Source: Dehalococcoidia bacterium (GTDB taxonomy: Bacteria; Chloroflexota; Dehalococcoidia; Bin125). Taken from it: a stretch of DNA of 64,000 nucleotides. Location of the stretch: positions 336,688-400,687 of the forward strand of contig JAJEJC010000007.1 in the NCBI GenBank assembly GCA_022828105.1, written 5' to 3'. The position numbers and the translations under genes were made by a program. Below are positions 9,552-18,238 of the stretch, piece by piece (position 1 is the stretch's first letter; the number at the start of each line of letters is the position of its first letter). The notes below the pieces were generated by a model. That model was not told the DNA's origin. It made no database searches and saw only the letters and a list, made by a program, of their open reading frames with translations.

Positions 9552-9866
9552 TCAGCCCTTCAACAAGGTCGTGCGGTCGACCGAGATGGTTTGCCGGTTG
9601 CGGTACACGACCAGCGCCAGCGCCAATCCGACCGCAACTTCCGCCGCCGCCACGGCGATGATGAAGACCACGAACACCTGGGTCGAGAGCGCGACTTCGG
9701 CCGTGCCGAAGCGCGAGAAGGCCACGAGCGTCAGATTGACCGCGTTGAGCATCAGCTCGACGCCGATCAGCACGCCAACCGCATTCTTCTTCGACAGGGC
9801 GATGAAGAAGCCGATGCAGAACAGCAGCGCGCCGAGGACGAGGTAGTGCTCGAGTCCGATGATCAT
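9552..9866 (-). CDS. nuoK: NADH-quinone oxidoreductase subunit K
   Basis: ELMLNAVNL, AAAEVAVGLAL. Confidence 0.95.
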   Translation of the reverse strand: MIIGLEHYLVLGALLFCIGFFIALSKKNAVGVLIGVELMLNAVNLTLVAFSRFGTAEVALSTQVFVVFIIAVAAAEVAVGLALALVVYRNRQTISVDRTTLLKG

Positions 9867-10474
9867 GTGCTGGCCTCACCGTCAGTCGGCAAGGGTGGGT
9901 CCACGACGTCAACCGGGTCAACCGACCCATCGTCGTCCAGTTCGGCCTGCAGCGACGCCGCGTGCACGGCGGCGTCTTCGTCATCCTGCCGCGCCAGGGC
10001 GATTGCCCCGACCAGCGCCGCGGTCAGCAGCACCGCGCCGATCTCGAAGGGCAGGATGTAGTGCTTGATCAAACTCTCGCCGATCAGACGCGCCTGTTCG
10101 GTCAGCGCCGCCTCGCGCACGGCGCCCCAGTCGGTATCGATCGCCACCCACATCGTCGCGATCATCACCATGATCACGACCACCCCAGCCGGACCAGCGG
10201 TCTTGATGTGTTGCGAGTTGTCGCGTTCGGCGCGCGGCGTCAGCATGATCGCGAACAGCATCAACACCGAGATCGCGCCGACGTAGATGAGCACCTGTAC
10301 GACCGCAATGAACTCGGCCGAGAGGGTCAGGTACAGCCCGGCAATGCCGAGCATTGACAAAACCAGCCAGATTACGGCGTGGATCAGGTTGCGGCTGACG
10401 ACGATCATCGACGCGCCGCCGATCGTCATCGCGGCCAGGGACCAGAACGCCAGGTGGAATCCGAAGTCGCTCAT
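9863..10474 (-). CDS. nuoJ: NADH-quinone oxidoreductase subunit J
   Basis: AEFIAVVQVLIYVGAISVL, LPFE. Confidence 0.95.
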   Translation of the reverse strand: MSDFGFHLAFWSLAAMTIGGASMIVVSRNLIHAVIWLVLSMLGIAGLYLTLSAEFIAVVQVLIYVGAISVLMLFAIMLTPRAERDNSQHIKTAGPAGVVVIMVMIATMWVAIDTDWGAVREAALTEQARLIGESLIKHYILPFEIGAVLLTAALVGAIALARQDDEDAAVHAASLQAELDDDGSVDPVDVVDPPLPTDGEAST

Positions 10475-10476
10475 GG

Positions 10477-11781
10477 TCAGTCGCCGCCCACCTGCAACTG
10501 CGGCTCCTCGCGCCGCGCCGCCACTTCGCGCGCCGCATTGAGGCCGCCGATGTCAGAGCCGGCCATGCGAATCCGCGCCGGCCGCCGCAGCGGCGCCGGT
10601 CGCGCAACCCTGGCAAAGAGCATGACTGCGCCCAGCGACAGGGCGATGTTGAACACGGCCATGATCGGCAAGGCCACGGTCGTATCCCAGCCTTCGGAGA
10701 TCAGCAGGGTTCGTTCGACGAAGGCGACGACGACGAACAACAGGGTCGCCGGCACGAGCGCCTTCCAGCAGAAACCCATGAGCTGATCGACCCGGAGGCG
10801 CGGCAACGTGCCCCGAGTCCAGATCAGCAGGAAGTACACCGCGCCCGTCTTGGCCAGCAAGATGACCCAGCTTGGTACCCACTGGTCCAGACCCCACAAC
10901 CACCAGCCGCCAAGGAAGAACGTTGCGATGAACGCCGAGACCACCAGCGTGTTGCCGAGTTCGACCGCATAGAACAGCCCGAATCGCATGCCCGAGTACT
11001 CGGTGTGATAGCCGGCGACGATCTCCGATTCCGCCTCTGAGATATCGGCCGGTGTGCGATTCAGCTCAGCCGAGGCCGCGAAGAAGAAGGCGATCGCCGA
11101 GAGCGGGAAGAGCAGGATGAAGATCACGTCTTCCTGCTGCTGCCACTGCACGATCCCGTTGATCGACATCGTGCCTGAGAACACCACCAGCGTGAGCAGC
11201 GCCAGCACCATCGGCACTTCGTAGGAGATCGACATTGCCACGGCGCGCATCGCGCCGAACAGCGCGTACTTGTTGTTCGAGGCCCAGCCGGCCATGAACA
11301 GCACCAGCACCGCCGTTCCGGAGACCGCGAGCAGGAACAGCACGCCGACGTTGAGATCGGCCACCGACATCCGGGGACCGAACGGCAACACGCCCCAGAT
11401 CAAGATGCCGGGAATGAAGACCAGCACCGGCGGCAGGAAGAAAATCAGCTTGTCCGCCGCGCGCGGCGCGAGCTGTTCTTTGAGGATCAACTTGACCGCG
11501 TCGGCGACCGGCTGCAGCAATCCCTTGGGCCCGACGCGGTTTGGTCCGTAGCGCTGCTGGAAGCGGGCGATGACCTTGCGCTCGACCCAGATCAGGATCA
11601 GCAGTGTCGGACCGATCACGCCGAGAATGCCCAGCGCGCCGAGCACGCCGGTGATGATCGAGGCCAGCCAGTCGGGACCCCAGTCGGCGATCCACTCGGT
11701 GATCAACCGTTGCAGATTGTTCAGGTCGCGGAAGTCGTACCACGCGCCCAGGACGCTGCCGATGCCAGCGAGGTCGGTCAT
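10477..11781 (-). CDS. nuoH: NADH-quinone oxidoreductase subunit H (with N- and C-terminal extensions)
   Basis: ERKVIARFQQRYGPNRVGP.GLLQPVADAVKL, SNNKY, SYEVP, EAESEIVAGYHTEYSG, PRLRVDQ. Confidence 0.95.
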   Translation of the reverse strand: MTDLAGIGSVLGAWYDFRDLNNLQRLITEWIADWGPDWLASIITGVLGALGILGVIGPTLLILIWVERKVIARFQQRYGPNRVGPKGLLQPVADAVKLILKEQLAPRAADKLIFFLPPVLVFIPGILIWGVLPFGPRMSVADLNVGVLFLLAVSGTAVLVLFMAGWASNNKYALFGAMRAVAMSISYEVPMVLALLTLVVFSGTMSINGIVQWQQQEDVIFILLFPLSAIAFFFAASAELNRTPADISEAESEIVAGYHTEYSGMRFGLFYAVELGNTLVVSAFIATFFLGGWWLWGLDQWVPSWVILLAKTGAVYFLLIWTRGTLPRLRVDQLMGFCWKALVPATLLFVVVAFVERTLLISEGWDTTVALPIMAVFNIALSLGAVMLFARVARPAPLRRPARIRMAGSDIGGLNAAREVAARREEPQLQVGGD

Positions 11782-12938
11782 CGATCGATCTCCCCCACCA
11801 CGATGTCAATCGAACCCAGCGTCACGATCGCGTCCGCCAGCGTACCGCCAATCGACATTTCCTTCAGCGCCGAGAGGTTGATCAGCGACGGCGGCCGGCA
11901 GTGGAATCGATACGGCGCGGGTCCTCCGTCCGAGACCAGGTAGAAGCCCAGTTCGCCTCGCGGCGACTCGACCCGCGCATACGACTCGCCCGGCTCGGGC
12001 CGCGCATGCAGCGGCAGGTCGGCGAGATATGGACCGTCCGGCAAGGTGTCGACGACCTGGCGAAGGATCCTGAGACTCTCTTTGACTTCCGCCATGCGCA
12101 CCAGGAAGCGGTCGAAGCAGTCGCCCTGCTCGCCGACCGGCACGTCGAACTCGTAGCTCTCGTATCCGCAGTACGGATTCGCCTTGCGCAGATCCCAGGG
12201 CACTCCGGTCGCGCGCAGCACCGGACCCGACAACGACGAGTTGATCGCCATCTCCGGAGAGATCACGCCGACGCCTCGAGCGCGAGCGTGCAGGATCTCG
12301 TTCTCCAGCAGCAGCGCCTCGTAGTTGGCGATGTTCTCCGGCATGTCGGCCAGGAACTGCTCCAGGGTCGGCAGCAACTCATCGGGCAAATCGAACGCGA
12401 CGCCGCCAATCCGCATGTAGTTCGTCGTCAACCGCGCGCCGCAGGTCATCTCAAACATGTCGAGCACGCGTTCGCGGTCTCGAAACATATGGAACAACGG
12501 CGTGTGCCAGGCGCCGCAGTCGTTGATGAACGTGCCGTTCGCCATCGCATGGGAAGCGACCCGCTGCAACTCGGCAAACATCACCCGGATTGCGTTCGCG
12601 CGCGGCGGCACCTCGACGCCCAGCAGCTCCTCGGCCGCCAGGCAGTAGGCAAGGTTGTTGGACATCGCGGCCAGGTAGTCGATCCGGTCCGTGAACGGAA
12701 TGTTCTGCGTATAGGTCCGTTCTTCGGCCAGCTTTTCCATCGAGCGGTGCAGGTAGCCGATCCGCATTTCCGCGTCCTGGACGATCTCGCCGTCCAGCGT
12801 GACCTTGAGCCGGAACACCCCGTGCGTCGACGGATGCTGCGGTCCCAGATTGACGACGACCGGCTCGGAACCGTCGCCGCTGGTCAGCGCTTCGATCGTG
12901 CCCTGCATGGCGAGGCGTGTGTCGTCGGACATCGTCAC
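11778..12938 (-). CDS. nuoD: NADH-quinone oxidoreductase subunit D
   Basis: NLGPQHPSTHGVFR, GYLHR..EK, DRIDY, C-terminal GEIDR; no NiFe CxxC motifs. Confidence 0.95.
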   Translation of the reverse strand: MTMSDDTRLAMQGTIEALTSGDGSEPVVVNLGPQHPSTHGVFRLKVTLDGEIVQDAEMRIGYLHRSMEKLAEERTYTQNIPFTDRIDYLAAMSNNLAYCLAAEELLGVEVPPRANAIRVMFAELQRVASHAMANGTFINDCGAWHTPLFHMFRDRERVLDMFEMTCGARLTTNYMRIGGVAFDLPDELLPTLEQFLADMPENIANYEALLLENEILHARARGVGVISPEMAINSSLSGPVLRATGVPWDLRKANPYCGYESYEFDVPVGEQGDCFDRFLVRMAEVKESLRILRQVVDTLPDGPYLADLPLHARPEPGESYARVESPRGELGFYLVSDGGPAPYRFHCRPPSLINLSALKEMSIGGTLADAIVTLGSIDIVVGEIDR

Positions 12939-13534
12939 GAGGCGTCCTCGCTTTCATCGACGACGGCGACTTCGCCCTCAGGCTGCGGGTCGTTGGGATG
13001 CAGAGGTCGCTGCGGCACGCTGCCCGGCACCGGCCATGAGTTCTCTTCGCTCTCATGCGGAAAGCCCGGCAGTCCGGCGCGCACCTGGCCCGGCATCTGG
13101 AGGAAGTCCTTGCGCAGCGGATAGCCGGGGAAGCCGTCCCAGAGGAACATCCGGCGCAGGTCTGGATGGCCCTCGAAGCGGATGCCGAACAGGTCATAGA
13201 CCTCGCGCTCCTGCAAGTGCGCCCCGTGGTAGACGCCGGTGAGTGAGGGCAGCGCCGGATCTTCGCGATCGAAGATGCGCGCCTTGGCCTGCAGGAGGTG
13301 ATTCAGGTCCAACGATTGCAGGTGATAGACCATTTCAAAATGCAGTTCGTGGTCGACCGCGGTCAGGTTGGAGAGGAAGACCAGGTCACTCTGCTCTGCG
13401 TCGCGCAGGGCACGGATCGATTCGACCAGCGTGTCCGGATCGAGGAAGAGCACGCCGTCATATACGCAGGCCGCGCCGGGCGCGCTCGCGTTGACGATCT
13501 CCATCGCCGCCGTCGCGTCGTATTGGATCGTCAC
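12935..13534 (-). CDS. nuoC: NADH-quinone oxidoreductase subunit C
   Basis: EREVYDLFGIRFEGHPDLRR, PLRKDF. Confidence 0.94.
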   Translation of the reverse strand: MTIQYDATAAMEIVNASAPGAACVYDGVLFLDPDTLVESIRALRDAEQSDLVFLSNLTAVDHELHFEMVYHLQSLDLNHLLQAKARIFDREDPALPSLTGVYHGAHLQEREVYDLFGIRFEGHPDLRRMFLWDGFPGYPLRKDFLQMPGQVRAGLPGFPHESEENSWPVPGSVPQRPLHPNDPQPEGEVAVVDESEDAS

Positions 13535-13535
13535 G

Positions 13536-13916
13536 TCAGCGCCACTCCAGCGCCTGGCGCCGCCATTCGTAGACGAGCCCCAGGAACAGCACGGCGATGA
13601 AGATCAACGCTGCAACCAGTCCGGTCACGACGACCGAGTCGAGCGCGACCGCCAGTGGGAAAAGGAAGATCACTTCCACGTCGAAGAGCACGAAGATCAG
13701 CGCGACGAGGTAGTAACGGAAGTTGAACTGTACCCAGGTCGGGCCTTCGGTCTCCACGCCGCACTCGTAGGTGTCGGACTTCACCGCATTGGGCATCCTG
13801 GGTCGGAGACCGAACTTGAAGAACGCCCATGACGCGATCAGCGGGAGCGAGGGAAAGATCGCGGCAAAGATCAGCAAGATGCCGAGGTGCGCGTACTGCT
13901 CCAGGACGTTCTCCAT
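13536..13916 (-). CDS. nuoA: NADH-quinone oxidoreductase subunit A
   Basis: K..TYECG, RYYLVALIFVLFDVE, YEW...ALEW. Confidence 0.95.
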   Translation of the reverse strand: MENVLEQYAHLGILLIFAAIFPSLPLIASWAFFKFGLRPRMPNAVKSDTYECGVETEGPTWVQFNFRYYLVALIFVLFDVEVIFLFPLAVALDSVVVTGLVAALIFIAVLFLGLVYEWRRQALEWR

Positions 13917-13982
13917 CTGGATCAGCCTTACCAGCCTTGCTTCGCCTCATCCCCCACCGACGCCGATGGGTGACTCTGAGGG

Positions 13983-14011
13983 AGTATATGCACCAGCCCC
14001 AACTCGCTCAA
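13983..14011 (-). promoter_or_regulatory. Sigma70-type promoter of the nuo operon
   Basis: Minus strand TTGAGC-17nt-TATACT, about 65 nt upstream of nuoA. Confidence 0.6.
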
Positions 14012-14151
14012 TGACGGCTCGCGACCGGCGATCGGATTCAAGCCCGTCGCGGGGTCGAACGGACGCTGCGGTCAACGTGCCGGGCAGGTTCCGGCCGGTG
14101 AGGTGATAGCATGTCAAGCGCCTATTCCCCACCCACCAGTGAGACGACTGC

Positions 14152-14859
14152 ATGCTGATTGACCTTCACAACCACACGTGGCCGCGCTCGCACGACTCAG
14201 TGCTCGACCCGCGGGATCTCGCCGTCCGCGCCAAGGAAGCCGGACTAGACGGGATCTCGTTCACCGAGCACGACGCGCTCTGGCCTCACGATGAGGTGCA
14301 GCAGATCGCCGAGGAAGTCGGCATCGTGATCATCCCCGGCTGTGAAGTCTCGACCGATCCCGGCCACATCCTCGCCTGGGGAATGGAAAAGTACGTGTTC
14401 GGCATGCACCGCGTCGAGCGGCTCGCCGAGCATGTCAACGAGCGCGGCGGCGCGCTCGTGCTGGCGCACCCCTACCGCCGGCAGATCGCCTGGAAGGACA
14501 ACCAGGAGGACTGGGACATCGCCGTCGAACGCGCGCTCAGTAACAGCGCGATGGAACACGTGCTTGCGCTGGAGATTCTCAACGGGCGCGGCAAGGAGCG
14601 CGAGAACCGCTTCTCGGCCGACCTCGCCGCAGCCTCCGAGATGAACGGCACGGCCGGCACCGACTCGCACGCCGTGCACGACATCGGCAAGGTGGCGACC
14701 TGGTTCGAGACCGACTCGATTGAGACCTGGCAGGATCTGGTGCGCGAACTCAAGACCGGTAACTTCTGTGCCGTCGACATGGCCAGCGGCGAAGAGTTCG
14801 CCGTGCCCTCGCGGGCGCCGAAATTTAGAATCGTCGGAGCGAGCGCGGGCGGCAGCTAG
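14152..14859 (+). CDS. PHP-domain metallophosphoesterase
   Basis: DLHNHT, TEHD, GH, AHP, GTDSH motifs. Confidence 0.88.
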   Translation: MLIDLHNHTWPRSHDSVLDPRDLAVRAKEAGLDGISFTEHDALWPHDEVQQIAEEVGIVIIPGCEVSTDPGHILAWGMEKYVFGMHRVERLAEHVNERGGALVLAHPYRRQIAWKDNQEDWDIAVERALSNSAMEHVLALEILNGRGKERENRFSADLAAASEMNGTAGTDSHAVHDIGKVATWFETDSIETWQDLVRELKTGNFCAVDMASGEEFAVPSRAPKFRIVGASAGGS

Positions 14860-14918
14860 ACTTCATTCCGTCCCGCAACAACCACCCCCATACACCGCAC
14901 ACACAAGGGAGGAGCCAC

Positions 14919-15437
14919 ATGGCAGACCAACAGTTTGAGTCCGTCATCACCGACGAAATGCGCGATCTGATCGGCAAGAAGGGTCCGGAAACGATCAGTG
15001 AACTGACCACGACCAGCGTGCGCATGTTCGCCCGCTCGGTCGGCTACGTCGATCCGGCCTTCTACGACGAAGCGGTCGCCCGCGAGCGCGGCTTCCGCAG
15101 CCTGCCGGCGCCTCCGGGCTACCTGGGCACGCCGATCTACAACCCAGCCGACTCCGATCCCACCTTCGGCGGTCGCCGCGGCGGGGGCGGGTTCCGCTCG
15201 CCCTACCCGCTGGTGCTCAACGGCGGCACCGACATCGAGTACACCGGCGAGCAGATCTGCGCTGGCGACACGCTCACGTCCGCGACCGCGCTGGCCTCGC
15301 TCAACGAGCGCTGGAGCGGCGCCTTGGGTGTGCCCATGCTGATCCAGGTGTCGGAAACCACCTACACCAACCAGCACGGAGCGGTCGTCGCGATTTCGCG
15401 CGGCACCGGAATCTCCTACCCCGCGCCGGGCAGCTAA
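14919..15437 (+). CDS. MaoC-like hotdog dehydratase, N-terminal-type (HadA-like) subunit
   Basis: VRMFARSVG..DP.FYDE..A...G....APPGY, LNGGTDIEY; GGAGG RBS. Confidence 0.8.
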   Translation: MADQQFESVITDEMRDLIGKKGPETISELTTTSVRMFARSVGYVDPAFYDEAVARERGFRSLPAPPGYLGTPIYNPADSDPTFGGRRGGGGFRSPYPLVLNGGTDIEYTGEQICAGDTLTSATALASLNERWSGALGVPMLIQVSETTYTNQHGAVVAISRGTGISYPAPGS

Positions 15438-15497
15438 CCGAGCCACTCCGAAACGGCGCAGCGGCTACAATCCAGTACAGAGGCAAGGAGAGCCCAC

Positions 15498-15965
15498 ATG
15501 TCAGACGCGGTACCTGACCAGATCTACTTCGAGGACATCGAAGTCGGCGACAGCATTCCCGAACTCGAGAAGAACCCGACCAGCCAGCAGCTCGTCCAGT
15601 GGGCGGCCGGCTCCGGCGACTTCTACCAGATTCACTACGACACAAGCTACGCGCAGGACACCGGCCTCGACGACATCATCGTCCACGGCGCGCTCAAGCA
15701 CGCCTTCCTCGGTGAGTTGCTCTGGCGCTTCGCCGGCCCCGAGGGCTCGGTCAAGCGTGTCCAGTGCTCCTACCGCGGCATGGACCCCGCCGCCCAGGGT
15801 CGCGAATCGGCGCAGGAGCGCAAGTTCCTGCTGCGCGGCACCGTCACCCGCAAGTACAGCGAGGGTGAGCGCAACTTCGTCGAACTCAACATCGAAGGCG
15901 TCCGCGCCGACGGTTCGGTCAGCACCCCCGGCACCGGCACCGTCGTCCTCCCCAGCCGCAGCTAA
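15498..15965 (+). CDS. MaoC-family dehydratase (HadB-like catalytic subunit)
   Basis: Hydratase-2 motif SGDFYQIHYD....A...G....IVHG. Confidence 0.85.
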   Translation: MSDAVPDQIYFEDIEVGDSIPELEKNPTSQQLVQWAAGSGDFYQIHYDTSYAQDTGLDDIIVHGALKHAFLGELLWRFAGPEGSVKRVQCSYRGMDPAAQGRESAQERKFLLRGTVTRKYSEGERNFVELNIEGVRADGSVSTPGTGTVVLPSRS

Positions 15966-15983
15966 TCGCTCCGGTTTCGAGCA

Positions 15984-16024
15984 CACGCCGAAGGGGCGGC
16001 CATCGTGGCCGCTCCTTCGGCGTG
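15984..16024. terminator. Long hairpin between convergent genes (likely bidirectional terminator)
   Basis: 19-bp arms CACGCCGAAGGGGCGGCCA / TGGCCGCTCCTTCGGCGTG with one G-U pair and a 3-nt loop. Confidence 0.65.
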
Positions 16025-16043
16025 CCTGCGTGTCTGCAGAGTC

Positions 16044-16673
16044 CTACCTGGCCCGCTTGCCGCGAAGCTGATACTCCCGATCCCAGAACCACTCCCGCAG
16101 CGCGTGCATCTGATGGAATCGGTGCCTTCCTCGACGCACCCGCCCGCAGTCCTTGAATCCCGCCGCCGCAAACGCCCGCTGCGCGCGCACGTTCCAATCC
16201 AGCGTGTGCAGGTAGACCCGCGTCAATGACGTGTGGGTGAACACGTAGTCCAGCAACAGACCCACCGCTTCGCGACCAAAGCCGCCGTTCCACGTCGTCC
16301 GGTCGCCGAGCAGGATGCCCAACTCCGTCTCGCGACGCTGGAAGTCGGTGTTGTAGTACATCACATTGCCGATATGCCGCGGTTCGTCCTGCGTCTCGAC
16401 CGCGAACGTCGAGCGGTAGACCGGCGTCGATCGCAACTGCCAGGCGTACTGATTGCGGTACTGCTCGAAGGTCAGCGGACTGATCGGCGCGGCGTCGAGC
16501 TCGGCGAGCTCCGGATCGGTGCGCCAGATCCAATCAAGTTCGGCATCGTCGAGGCGTTTGCGCCGCAACAGCACGAGTTGCCCCTCCGCCACGACATCCG
16601 CCGGACTCGTCACCATTGGATTCACCGGTCCTTCAGTGCCTTCGACCGCCTCAGCCGCAGGGTACGTCGTCAA
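16044..16673 (-). CDS. GNAT N-acetyltransferase (RimJ/RimL-like)
   Basis: HIGNV, ELGILLGD..W.GG.G.EA, N.RAQRAF...GF. Confidence 0.85.
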   Translation of the reverse strand: MTTYPAAEAVEGTEGPVNPMVTSPADVVAEGQLVLLRRKRLDDAELDWIWRTDPELAELDAAPISPLTFEQYRNQYAWQLRSTPVYRSTFAVETQDEPRHIGNVMYYNTDFQRRETELGILLGDRTTWNGGFGREAVGLLLDYVFTHTSLTRVYLHTLDWNVRAQRAFAAAGFKDCGRVRRGRHRFHQMHALREWFWDREYQLRGKRAR

Positions 16674-17183
16674 TCACCCCTGCGGCGGACCGACCCGCTG
16701 ATCAAGCATCGCCGCCGCGTCCTCGAGCAATGAGGCCGTATTGCGGTAACTGACCATGCGCATCGCGTCTCCCAGGCCGACCCAGCGGACGTCGATGTGC
16801 TCATCGTCGTGATTCTCGAACGACCCGCCGGTCGGCTGCATCAACCAGAAGTGAACCGCCTTGTCGATCCGCGCCTCTTCGCCGGGGAACGAGTAGCGCA
16901 TGACGCCGATCTTCTCGTCCAATGACACCGACAGTCCCGTTTCTTCCGACACCTCGCGCAGTGCGGTGTCGACCAGCTTCTCGCCGTTCTCGGGCGTGCC
17001 CTTGGGCAGCGACCAGCGCCTGGCCGGTGTCTGGACCAGAACGATCTCGACTTCTCCCTCTCCGCCTGCCTCTCGCCAGACCACGCCTCCGGCGCTGACC
17101 GCGATGCCCTTCTTGATCGACTTCTGGCTGTGAATCGTTCTTCGACTTCCGGATGTTCCACGGCGCTCGTTGCGGCTTCGCAC
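16674..17183 (-). CDS. NUDIX hydrolase (Ap4A-hydrolase-like)
   Basis: SAGGVV, WSLPKG, Nudix box GTPENGE....TALREVSEETGL; start codon uncertain. Confidence 0.88.
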   Translation of the reverse strand: MRSRNERRGTSGSRRTIHSQKSIKKGIAVSAGGVVWREAGGEGEVEIVLVQTPARRWSLPKGTPENGEKLVDTALREVSEETGLSVSLDEKIGVMRYSFPGEEARIDKAVHFWLMQPTGGSFENHDDEHIDVRWVGLGDAMRMVSYRNTASLLEDAAAMLDQRVGPPQG

Positions 17184-17281
17184 GCCTCTGCTCCTCGTCA
17201 GTTCACTTGACGGTTCTCAATCTATCAGAGGGTCACGTCAGATCACGCGGCCCTGGAGTCCTGACTACAGGCCGAGCGAAG

Positions 17282-18238
17282 CTACTCAAGGTCGTCCAAC
17301 CAGGACGCCGATTCGAGCGCTGCCTGCGCGGTCTCGCGCACGGTTGGGTCGGGATGGGTCCGCAGTTGATCCAGTTCCTCCAGCGCTTCCTCGCTGCCGA
17401 TCTCCCCTAGCGCGGCGACCGCGCCGCGCACGACTTCCTCCGTTGCGGTCGGATCGTCAAACAGCTCCAGCAGCAGCGGCGTACCTTCCTCGGAGCCGAT
17501 TTCGCCGATCGCCTGGACGGCGGCCAGTCGCTCATCGTCATCCTCTGCTACGAGCGAGCCCTCCAACACCGGCAGCCAGAATTCGTCCGCATTGCGTCCC
17601 ATTGCCTCGATCGCGCCGAGATGCAGCGCGGCGGCATCGCTGTCGTAGGCCGTCTCGATCATCCCGACCACCCAGTCGTCGGACACCACCGCGACTGCCG
17701 ACAACGCCGAGGCCCGCAGCTCCTCGTCCTCCGTCGCATCTTCGGCGATGGCCCGCAGCGCAGGCACGACGTCGCCGGCGTCCTCGCTCGCAGCCCAACC
17801 GAGCTCCACCCGCATCGCCACTTCGCCCAACGCGGCCACGGCTTCGCGACGGACCGCATCCTCTTCCTCGATCGATCCTGCAACCTGCAGCAACGAGCGG
17901 GTCGCGCCCGCCGTCTCGCATTGTCCGAGGCCCGTCACCGCGACCGTCCGCACCGACGTGTCCTCGTCCGCCGTCATCGCGCCGAAGATCACCGTGAAGT
18001 CATATCCGCCATAGTCGTCGCTCACTTGGCGAAGACGCTCGAGCAGGGCGAACCGTCCCTCGGCGTCCAACGCGCCTAGCTGCTGGCCGACGACATCGAC
18101 GGAGTCGTCTCGCAGCCTGGAGATGGCGTGCAGGTCTTGCGGCTCCAACTCGACCTGACCGGAGGCGATGGCGGCAACGACGCGGCGAAGCGCATCAAGC
18201 GGCTCAGCGGCGTCCTGATATCCGTCTGTGGTCGTCAT
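17282..18238 (-). CDS. HEAT/PBS-lyase repeat protein
   Basis: Repeated VR..AV.ALGEIG helical-hairpin units; ATG at 18238 overlaps the gpsA stop. Confidence 0.82.
   Translation of the reverse strand: MTTTDGYQDAAEPLDALRRVVAAIASGQVELEPQDLHAISRLRDDSVDVVGQQLGALDAEGRFALLERLRQVSDDYGGYDFTVIFGAMTADEDTSVRTVAVTGLGQCETAGATRSLLQVAGSIEEEDAVRREAVAALGEVAMRVELGWAASEDAGDVVPALRAIAEDATEDEELRASALSAVAVVSDDWVVGMIETAYDSDAAALHLGAIEAMGRNADEFWLPVLEGSLVAEDDDERLAAVQAIGEIGSEEGTPLLLELFDDPTATEEVVRGAVAALGEIGSEEALEELDQLRTHPDPTVRETAQAALESASWLDDLE

Noticed and set aside
11778-13534. NuoC/NuoD as a group 4 [NiFe]-hydrogenase
   Set aside because: No CxxC nickel-binding motifs; the protein ends GEIDR as in NuoD.
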